A DNA stretch of 64,000 bases, taken from a virus. Under the pieces are notes generated by a model. That model saw only the letters and a program-made list of their open reading frames with translations. It was not told the DNA's origin and did not search any database. Positions 18,743 to 29,000 of the stretch are shown here, one piece after another. The stretch's first letter is position 1, and every line of letters begins with the position of its first letter. The translations under genes and the position numbers were made by a program. Location: positions 1 to 64,000 of IMG/VR virus record IMGVR_UViG_3300036827_000193; one strand, given 5' to 3'.

Positions 18743-19254
18743 CGCCCGATCGCTGCGCCGACCACCCGCGCCTGCATGTGCGGATCGTTGGCGATCTGGA
18801 TATGGCCGTAGCCGGGAGATGGGACGTTGCGGGCGCCGGTGATCTCGCCGCCAAGCACGCCGACGAAATTGGTTGACCGCACCCCGCGCGAGGCCACTGC
18901 GCCATTGCGCGGCGGATCGATGCTCACGGCGCGCACGTTGCGCACCCCGCAGGCGCGCGCGGCATCGGCGGCGCGTGTGGCGGCCGGGCCGCCCAGCGAA
19001 TGGCCGATGAACACGATGGTGTCGTCGCGATGGCGGCAGGCGTCGGCCGCGAACGATCCTTCCTGCGTCCAGCTTCCGATGGTGACGATGGCGCCGCGGG
19101 CGCGCAGCCGTGCGCCGAGGCTTGGCATTGCGGCCGGCGCGAACACCCAGCCGAGCAAACCATTCATCAGGTAGGCCCGGGTCGCGGCGTGGGCCTCGCT
19201 CGACAACAGCATGATGAGCACGGCGACGAGCGCCGCGCCGAGGCGCGTTCTCAT
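18739..19254 (-). CDS. Small secreted alpha/beta-hydrolase-like protein
   Basis: Signal peptide (EAHA), GHSLGG nucleophile elbow, SIDP, GHIQI. Confidence 0.75.
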   Translation of the reverse strand: MRTRLGAALVAVLIMLLSSEAHAATRAYLMNGLLGWVFAPAAMPSLGARLRARGAIVTIGSWTQEGSFAADACRHRDDTIVFIGHSLGGPAATRAADAARACGVRNVRAVSIDPPRNGAVASRGVRSTNFVGVLGGEITGARNVPSPGYGHIQIANDPHMQARVVGAAIGR

Positions 19255-19285
19255 TTTGGGTTGTCCTGTTAGGGGATGGGCGCGC

Positions 19286-19693
19286 TTAGACGGCGCCGTT
19301 CTGCACGTAACAAAACGGCTGGTTGCTGTAGCTCAGGAAGATGATGATGTGCCCGGTCGGATTGCCCCGGTCGAATTTGATCTTGGCCTGCGGGACCGGG
19401 ATGCGGGTGCCGATGTCGACGTGATGGCGATGCAACGGCTCGTCGGGCCGGTCATCGGTGACGACCGCGATCAGGCTGCCGTCGGGTGCGGTCTCGACCT
19501 GGTCGGCCCAGTAGCCGTCGGCCTCCCCGCAGCACGACACTGTCGGATTGTCCGGCTGCATCAGCGTCGCGTACCAGTCCCGCACGATATCGGACTGATT
19601 GCTCCACTGCCCGTAATCGCGCGCCGATGCCGGCGCCAACGCGAACAGGCACAGCACCGCCATGGCGATCAGGTGTCGCATTGTCGTCTCCAT
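19286..19693 (-). CDS. Secreted Cys-containing hypothetical protein
   Basis: Signal peptide, SCCGEAD, GNPTGH, FCYV. Confidence 0.75.
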   Translation of the reverse strand: METTMRHLIAMAVLCLFALAPASARDYGQWSNQSDIVRDWYATLMQPDNPTVSCCGEADGYWADQVETAPDGSLIAVVTDDRPDEPLHRHHVDIGTRIPVPQAKIKFDRGNPTGHIIIFLSYSNQPFCYVQNGAV

Positions 19694-19742
19694 TGAAGAT
19701 GATGCCGGGGACTGTTAGCGTCCCGGCTCGATCGAGGTGCCC

Positions 19743-20087
19743 ATGGTCAAGACAGCGCTTGCGGCGTTCTTTGCCGCGCTCGTTTCAACCGGCGCCCTGG
19801 CGCAGGACCAGGCCACGGCGTATTGCCGCGGCATCGGCGCGCGGCCGAACAGCGCCGATGACCGCGAATGCCGGCTGCTGGTGGCGCAGTTCTATTCCGG
19901 CGATCCGTTCTATGCCGCGCTGGCGCGCGCGCAACTGTGGCGGCTGCAACACCGCATGATCGAGCGGCAGCGCGAGCGCGAGGCGCCACCCGACTTCTCG
20001 CAATACGGCACCACCGCCGCTCCTTCCGCGCAACAGCGCCCGGGGACGAGTTGCGTTGTGGTGGGCAACCTTATCGACTGCGATTGA
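19743..20087 (+). CDS. Secreted hypothetical protein (moron-like, opposite strand)
   Basis: GAGG RBS, signal peptide ALA-Q, two Cys pairs, ends TSCVVVGNLIDCD. Confidence 0.65.
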   Translation: MVKTALAAFFAALVSTGALAQDQATAYCRGIGARPNSADDRECRLLVAQFYSGDPFYAALARAQLWRLQHRMIERQREREAPPDFSQYGTTAAPSAQQRPGTSCVVVGNLIDCD

Positions 20088-23000
20088 TCACATCGCGCCG
20101 GCGGGAAGAGCACCGGCCGGAATTGCCGGCAGATGGACCTGCCGGTTGACCTCATTCTTCACCGTCTGGTGGGCTTTTGGCCAATAACGGTTGCGCTCGT
20201 CCTTGCTGGCCTGGAGCAGGATTGCCTTCTGGTCCTCGTTCGGCAGCCGCGAGAACAGATAGATGTCGGTCGGAACGACGCCGACGTTTTGCATGTAGCC
20301 CGGCTTGAGGCCCAGCGCCTTGCCGCGCTGGTAGGCGTCCTGCAGGGCCTTGCTGTCGTGGTCGCGCTTGGCGATGAGGATGGCGCTGCGCACCGCCATC
20401 TTTTCTTCGGTGCCCTGGGCCTGCTCTTCCGGGCGGCTCGTCGGTGCGACATGCTCGCGGTACAGATAGCTGATGCGGTTCTGGATCGGCGACTTCTCGA
20501 CATAGGCCGGTGCCGGGCCGAAGCCCAGCACGCTCATGCCGACGCCCTTGGCCTTGAGCGCATCGAGATATTGTTCCGGGTGCCGGATTGCTTCGGCGGC
20601 GGACGGGAATGGCTTGCCGGACAACTCGGCCGCATGCTTGGCGCCCGACACCGACATCGGGTTGGTCTGGTCGCCGAAGAAGTGCTTCACGCCCTGCCAG
20701 ACCTGCTGGTAGATCGGCGCGTTCTCGTCCCAGATGTTGTAGCCGTAATAATCGCGGTTGGTGAGGAGCTCGTGGAACGGCTCGAACATGAGCTTGTTCC
20801 ACAGCATCTCGCCGGCGCCCGAGAGCCAGTTGCCGCCGCGCTCCTGCACGTGCTTGAGCAGCATCGGGACTTCGCGAAGGTAGAACATGGTCGTGTAGCG
20901 GCGCGGCGAGCCATCCGGGTTTTCCCCGCCGGCTCTCGGAAACACATAATCGATACCCTCCGGCTGCTTGCCGGTGAAAAGGTTTGTCATTATCCCGGCA
21001 ATGAGGGCGGCGGTGCCGACATAGGCCAGCACGAACGGGATCTTGTTGGTCGCATCACGCGTGACGGCGCGCCCGGCGCTCGGCTTGAAGGGCGGCAGAA
21101 GCCCCGCCGTTCGCGTGCCTGCTTCCAGCGTCGCGCCACCAAACTCGCGCACGAAGCCCAGGTTCCAGCCGAGCGAGAGGAACGAGCCGATCGCCGCGTC
21201 CTTCGTGGTCCGGTTCCAGAACAGCGTGCCGTAGCTCATCTCGCCATAGCGGTTGTCGATCGACTTTGCGATTGCGCGCAGCGCGATGCGCCGATTGGTG
21301 TCGTCGGCCAAAAGTCCCGGGCGGCGCTTGAGCAGCGATGCCGCCTGATCGAGATAGGCCGCGGCCTTGAGCGCGGGGATCCATTTTTCGAACAGCGGGG
21401 CCTGCAGCACCTCGATCGGCCGGCGCATCGCCGCGGACACCGCCTTGCGCCAGTCCGAAGCGCCGGCCTCGCCACGCAGCACCTTGCGCCACGCGACCGC
21501 CAATTGACGCCTGGCGGCAATCTTCAATTGCTCGGACAGTTGCGGCACAAATCCGCCGTCCGTCATCAGCGCGACGACCGCCTTGTCCTGTGGCGTTTGC
21601 TGCGAGGGCCGCTTTGCCCAAGCCGCGCGGGCCTTGGCGCCCTTGCGGTAGTGGATCATGCCGAGCGTCGGGATCGTGCCGACGCCCTCTGCGGCAGCCT
21701 TGAGCGCCGCCGGCAGGTCGTGGCCCTTGGCGAGATCGTCCCATGCGCGCGCGAGCGAGTTTGCCTGGTCGATGTGCAGCACGTGCAGCGGGTGGAACGC
21801 CGAGAGCGCGAGCTTGATCGGCACCCAGGCATTCTTCAACGCCATCCATCCGCGGAACATCGAGCCGCCGACATGCTCGGCCTGCCAAAGCCCCTTGGCT
21901 TCGACGCCGTTCTGCCACAACTTCTGCACGTCGGGCACGATCACCCATTGCTGGCGATCGGGCGCATTGATGGCGCGCCAGCCGCGGCGCACCAATTGCT
22001 CGCCGCCCTGCTTGCCCTCCCAGGCAAGTCCCATGTCCTTGAGCTGGTAGAGCAGCTCCATGCGCTGGCGCATGTCGACGCCCGACAGCAGGCGGTGCAC
22101 CACAATATCGACGGGGTTCGTGAAGCGAAGCTTGAGGCCCGCAGCCAGGCCTTCGGAAATGTAATCGTAGGTCCGCTTCTTCTGGAACCAGGTCGGCCCG
22201 ACCTGGGCGCTGCGCGTCTCCGAAAAAGCGCGCCACTCGTCGGGCTGTTCCCAGATGTGCGGGAAATAGTCGTCCACGAATGCTGCGCGCGAACCGTAGC
22301 GCTGCTCCTCGGCCCAGTTGGCATCGAGGATGCGCCGGTAGCGCCGCGCCATGTCGGCTTGCGTTGCGTCGGCCGGCGTATTGTTGCTCTCGACATCATC
22401 GAGAAAGCGGATGCGCTCGGCGTCGCCGCGCTTGTTCCAGTAATTCCACTGGCTCTCGCTTTGGCGGACGACGGCGTCTTTTTCCTGCGCCTGGCGCGCC
22501 TTGTAGCGGGCAAACAGCGGATCGGCCTCGAGCGCGCGGTCGCTGACAAGTTCGGGCTGGAATGCGGAGGTCCAGAAGTCCTTGAACACCTTGATGGTGC
22601 GGATCGGGTCGCCCATCGCGCCGAGTGTGTAGTGGCGGCCCTCTTCGGCAAGTCCTGTGCCGGCAAGTTCTGTGCCGGCAAGTTCTGCGTCGCCAAGCCC
22701 TACGCCGTGCGCGGCTCGCGCCGCTTGCGCTCGATCATCTGCTCCGCCGACGCGATCATGTCCTGGCGCAGCAACGTGTCCTGCGGCAACTTCCGCAGTT
22801 CGTGCAAATGATGCTCCCAGGTCGCCAGCGTGTCGAAGGCTCCCGGCGGATCGATCATCTGGAAGTTCGTCTGGGCCATGAACAGTCCCTCTCGCGGCAT
22901 GGGCCGCCAATTCAATGTAGGCGCCGAGCCCAAGCTTCTCAATATCGTCGCCGAACGTGCTGTTCGAGCGGTAATCGATGATGCCGGCGCGGTGCAGCGC

Positions 23001-26000
23001 TACCGCGACGGCGTGCGGCAGCAGCGCGTTGGCGGTATCGCGATCGATTCGCCCCGACAACAACGCCGTGTTGATGATGTCGTAGAGCTTGTTCTGGACC
23101 GCCTCGTGGGCGGCGTAGAGGTATTTCGCCGCCGTAACCGGATCGAAGCGGCGCAGCGCTGCGCGTGCTGACGGTGTCAGTTCGGCGCGCGCGACATGGC
23201 CGCCATGGCCGTGCGCCCAGACCGCATGCAGGCCGGGCAGTCCGAGAAACCCGATATCGGGGCCGCTCAAGGTGCCATCGCGCGGGTGATTGTGGTGGAT
23301 GACGATCGCGTTACGCGGATCGCTCGCGATCGCGAAGAGCTTGAGGTCTTGACCGGTGTTGCCAGGACCGCCGCGGGTGTGCGCCACGACCTTGCCGTTC
23401 TGGTCGACCGCGACAAGATGTTCCAAGCCGGTAGCGATGCCCTGCCTGAGGACGTGGCGCTGTGCCCAGTCGCCGGCGAGCATGTGCTGGGGGATGGCGA
23501 TCGGGCCGAGATCGTGCGCCGTGACCTTTGCGGGCTTGGTCTCGCCGGGCTGGAACAGGGCGAAGCCCTGCCCGGTTGCGGCCTGGCGCAGCGCTGGGGC
23601 GATGTCCAGGGTGTGGACGGTGTGCCCCGGATATTTGCTTTTATCCTGCTCCAGAACCAACCCGCGACTTAGATCATTTTGGAAATCGGCCGGTACTGTT
23701 GGCAATTTCCCTTGCCCGACTTTGCCGCCGTACTTCTTGACCAGCTTGTTCGCGGTCTTGGGCAGGATGTCGTCGTAGAAGCCGCGCATGCCTTCGCCGC
23801 CGACCTTGAGGTCGAGGCCCGAGAGCGTCCTTCGGCCTTTGTCGGTGCCATAAAATCCCGAAGGCTTGCCCTCGCCGGCAGCGATGCGCGCCGCAACGTC
23901 CTTGCCGACGTGGTCGGGCAAGTCCTTTTCCGGAACGCCTTCTGCAATGCGGGTGTTGTCACTACGGCCCTTGAGACGAGCATCGATCGTGTAGTGTCCG
24001 TCCGCGCCCTTGATGTAGTGCAGGTCGTCGATCTGCTTGCTCAGGTCGTAGCGATCCGCCTGCACATCTCCCGGCGTCCATGCAATCTTGTCGTAGCCGT
24101 GCTCTGCGGCGTAGCGGATGATCCGCTTCAGCGAGAGTTCGGGCCATGTGGTTTTGAACGGGGCGTCGGGGACGCGGGTTCCTTGTTCGTAGTCCCCATG
24201 GATTTTTGCGGAGCGCTGATAATTGTCGACAGCCTCTGCCCGCGCCACGTCTACCGTGTCGCCCCAGCCGGGCCGCTCCGAGCCGTCCGGCAATGCGAAC
24301 CAGTGCTTGCCATGATCGCCGTCGGTGCGCACAAACTTGAAATCGCTGTCCGTAAACAGTTTTTGCGGCGGCTGCTTGTAGCCCTTTTTCTTCCCCGCCT
24401 GGTGCCAGTCGCTCTGCACTTCCTCGATGAACAGCGTTTTCTTGCCGTCGATGGTGCGGTCGTTGAAACGGATGTGGGCGAGGACGTTGGGCTCGTCGAA
24501 GTGGGGGGAACGGAAATCTTGATTGGCGGAAGGGGGGCGGTATTCGCGGTCAAACTGCGCGTACCTCTCACGCTCAGCGGGGGACATGGCAGCCAGCGTA
24601 TCATCAGTGCCGGTCGTGCCGTATTTACGGCGCATCTCCATCTCGAAGTCATGCCACGCATCGACTTGCGCGTTGCGCGACGCTTCTTCACCCGGCAACT
24701 TCTCCGGCAGCGTCAGCAGCAGCTCGCGGTAGTTCTCGCCGCCCGGCAGTGTGTACTGCCTGTATTGCGTACCGCCGATGTCGCCACCGATTTCTCGCGC
24801 AAGATCGGCAACCGCGCCCTCAAAGGACTCGTGATCGCCAAGCATGGTGCCGCGGACAAACGCGGCGTATCCGGTCAGCTCTCCGTTCTTGTCGTGATAA
24901 ACATCGATGCCCGTCCCCGTCGACCGGCCAGGCAAGGTCAGTTGCGTGGTCGTCCCGCCTTCATCGTTTTCGACTGGCTCGCCTTGTGTCCAGTCCTCGA
25001 TGTCTGACGGCGGTTGCGCGTCGCTTTTCTCCACTTCGCGCACTTCGACCTGATGCGCGCGGACGTAATCGTGCACTTCGGCTTTCGTCACCGCGCCCTT
25101 GTGCTCGCGTAGCCAGTGCTCAAGGCCGAGCCATTCGATCTCCTCGGGCTTGACGCCCGGCGCATTCCTGATGGTGCCGAGCCAATGGTTCGGCGCCGCC
25201 TTGTCCTGCTTGACCGCGGCGACGGCGCGCTCCACTGCGGAGTAGAAGGCTGGCGCATGGCCGAAGGCGTCTTCGCTCTCGGCCAAGGCAAAGCCGTGTC
25301 CCGCCGGTCGCGCCTCTATCGTCTCGAACAAGTGGTCATAGGCCGCTCGGATGCCTTGGTCCCGCATCTCGTCGGCGGTTGGATAAGCACCACCGGCCGT
25401 GTCGATGTTGGCAAGGTAGTCGTTGGCTGCGCCTTTGTCGGCAAGCCGATCGACAATATATCGTTCAAATGAACGGGCGGCCTTCTCGATGGTCGTGTTC
25501 CAGTACGGCTTGGCACGAACCTTGTCGAATTTCGCCGCGCGATCCGCAAAGCCGCCTTTTTGCAGACTGGCCTCGACATTCTTCCACGCTTGATAGACCT
25601 CGTGACGAACCGGGCCACCGTCGCGGCGGCGCTCGCTGATGTATCCGCTGGCCTGATCCTGCCGCGCGAAGTAGTTATCGAGCGCGTGCAGCCATTCGTG
25701 CGCGAGGGAGCCAGGGCCGCCGCCCTTTGTCAGATTGATGACGACTTGGCCCGGCTCGTAGTGGGCCGATGCCGCATCGCGTCCGCCATGGCCGCGAGCG
25801 CCGAAGGCAAGCCCGAGCTCGCCGTTCAACGACAATGCCTGGGGCGGAACGCCGACGACATCGGCAAGGTCCATCAGCGCGTCAAAGGCGCGGTTAAGGT
25901 CGGCTTGTCGGCGTTGCCCTTCGACATAATTGCCGAACTGAACCCCGCGGAAGCCGAACGCGCCTGAGAACATTTCCGGGGTGACGTCGCCCTCGCGCAA

Positions 26001-29000
26001 GGCCTCGCCGCTGCGCGGTCGGTTTTCCGTGCCGCGCATGTTCGGACCCTTGCGCAGTGCGTCGATGGCCGCCTGCAGGTCGTCCCGGTTCTCTTGCAGA
26101 TATTCTCGCGCAGCCTGCGGTGTTTCAAAGCCGGCCTTCAGCCTTATGACCGTGCTGCGTACCTTAAAACCGAGGAATGCGCCCTTGGTCTCTCGATCGC
26201 GATAAATGCCGACATCGGTATATTTGGACCGCTCCCCGGCCCCCTCGGTGGGCTTTTCTGCCAGGTCGTGAGCGATGATCTTTTTCGCCAGCGCAACCGC
26301 GTCCTCTGGATTGTCGCGATAGGTATACGGGTTGGCGGGGTCGTTACTAAATGGATCGCGCGCGCTGCGACGGTCTGGTGATTCCAAAAACCAGAACGAC
26401 TTGGATGGCGAATATCGCTGTCCGTTGAGTATCGAATAGTGACCGGAGTTGACCCGGTAACGCGCGGCCCTTGGCAGATCGGCCGGCGCAATGTCCTCGA
26501 TCGCTTTCGCCGTCAGCGGCAGAGTTTGCAGTGCGTAGTTTCCACGCGCTGCCTGCTCAAGCTTGGCGACATCGATCTCGCCGTCCAGGAGCTGGCGAGC
26601 GAAGGTGCGCAGCGTCTCCACCTGTTCAGCCCACCGTTTCGCCTTCCCGGCGACCCGCGGCCGGTTCGGGATCATGTCGCGCATGATGGCGATGTGCGAA
26701 AGCACGCGCGCGTCGACACCGGCGGCGGCCAGCTTTTCGTAGTCTGGCTGCGGAAACGATTTTGACAGCGGCACCGCTGCGACATCGAACTTCTCGCGCA
26801 GCGAATCGCGAAAGCCCGCAAATGTTTCCTTGCGTGCGCCGCCGATCTTCTCGCCGAAATCCTCGACCTTGGCGACCTTCTCAGGGGCCGATGTTCTTGT
26901 TTCCGATTTGGCGCCGGGCGCGGAATCAGAAGGCCCGGCTGCCCGGGCCTGTGCTGCTTCCGTGTCTGCTGGTTTGTCCGCGGGCTCGGGCGGTTGCGAT
27001 GTCAAAACGGGTGGCAGCGCCTTGGCGGGCTTTCGCGCCAGGTCGACAAGATCGGTTTGTTTGCTCTCATCGCCGAACAGCCCTTCATCCGCCGGCTTCT
27101 GTACTGCCTTCGGCTTCAGGCTTCGGTCGGCGGCTCGCTGGGCGCGCTCGGCGTCTGAGATTTGCTCGGCACCAGGGAGGACGTGCTGCTGTCCTGCGGC
27201 TGTTCGCTCTGTGACAGGTTGAGTTCGTTCACCTGATCGCTTTCCGCCTTGGGCGCGTACTTCTCCGCGTCCCGGTCCTGCGCTCGCGCCAGCGCCAGAT
27301 GCAACCCCGCCAGCTTGTGCGCGCTGTGCCGCTTCTTCAACGGCAGGTTCGGTGCGCTCTGGCGCAGGCTTTTCGCCATGCCTCGGTGGGTGTCGCTCGT
27401 CAAGCGCATTGAACACTTCCTCTCCGGCAAGGATACCCTCGACTTTGTCCCGGTGCAATTCATCCGCGATCATGTCCTCATCGCGGGCATATTGCATGAT
27501 GACCGATTCGAGGGCGTCCAGCGGGTCCTCGCCGCGGTCGAGCATCCGCTCCATAGCGTCAAACCGCAGCGCCTCTGGCACACTATCGAGTGGGATTTTC
27601 TGTTCTTTCAGCGCGGCATCGAAGATCGGGCGCTGGGTTTCGATCTCTTGCTTGCGCCGTGCGTTGTCCTGCCGGACGCTGGTGCCTTGGGCGCGAAGTT
27701 TTTCTTCCGTGGTCTTGTAGGTCGGCCAAGGCGACCCGCGTCCCTCGTCGCGCATCCTTTGTGCGCGGGCGCGATAGGCCTCCTGATTCGCGATCATGCC
27801 GCCAAATGGCTTGCCGCCGCTTACGGCATCTTTGGCAGCCCGGGCAGGCTTGTGTTCAACAGCGGCTTCGGCGCCGCCGCCAGTCCGCCCGTCATCGGCT
27901 TCGGCAGTGCGTTCCCCGCCGGCGGTGTCACCCCCAGCGCCGGCCCCTGTCGCGGGATGACCGGTTGCGGCGGCTTGAGGCTCGCGCCCGGTGCCTTCAC
28001 CGCGAGCGGGCTCTTGGGGCCGAGCAGGTTCTTCAGGCCGTGCAGCTTCAACGCCGCCTTGATCGACAGCTTGCGCGCCCGCGGCAGTCGCCCGATCAGT
28101 TGTGGCGCCTGATGCCGCAGCGCCCAGCCCGCGTTCAGACCCGTCGCGGGCTTCCAGTAGCTCGGTTGTTGCTTCATCGCCGATGTCCTTCGCGATCTCG
28201 TCGCGGCTCATGTGACCGTCTTCGACCAGCGAGCGCACCACGGCCGTGGTGAAGGCATCATCCGGTGGCGCGCCTTCGTTGGCGTGGATCTCGGCGGCGC
28301 GAACTATATCGGCTGGCCGTACGGTGTCCGGGTCGACGCCGGCGGCGCGCAGCGTGTCCTCGATGGCCTGGTGGTGCTCGGGGCCCGCTTCGGGGGCGGC
28401 TCCAGCCCGTTCGCCGGAAATTGGAGTAGTCTTGGCGGTGGGTTCCGGCTCCGCCCTTACATTATTAGTAGGCGAGCCATGCGCGGTTCCCGCTTCGGTC
28501 CCGGCCGCTTGCATGGCGGGTGCGGTTTCCGGCGGGGTTTCCGGCGGGTTTTCCGCCGCCATCGCCTCGGAGGCCGCAGCCTTGGTGTTGCCGGTCTTGA
28601 GCCAGTCCTTGAACTCGCCGACCGGCATCGCCCGCATGCCGCCGATGTGCTGGGGCTTCTTCGAGCTGGTGCCGAGATAGGCCTGGATGGCTTCGGAGGG
28701 GCCATCGAACCCGATCATCGCCTTGTGCTGGCGGAACGCGCCGGTCGCCTCGTCCTTCTCGTCGAGCACATAGACGGTCGGACGCTGCGGGTTTGGTCCC
28801 ATGAAGACGTCGACGTGCATGCCGTCGGCGCCTTCGGTGCCTTTTACATAGCCATAAGGTACCGAGTGGGTGGTCTGCCACGCCTCACCGGTTTCCGGAT
28901 TGGTACCGCGGCGCACGCCGCCGGCCGGCGCCTCGATCGTGATGTCGAGACCGTTCCAGCGCATGTGGCCGCGTTGGACATTGTTGGCTTCACCTTGCTC

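Noticed and set aside
22647-22692. 15-bp triple repeat in the giant gene
   Set aside because: In-frame linker expansion (ELAGT); no further structure
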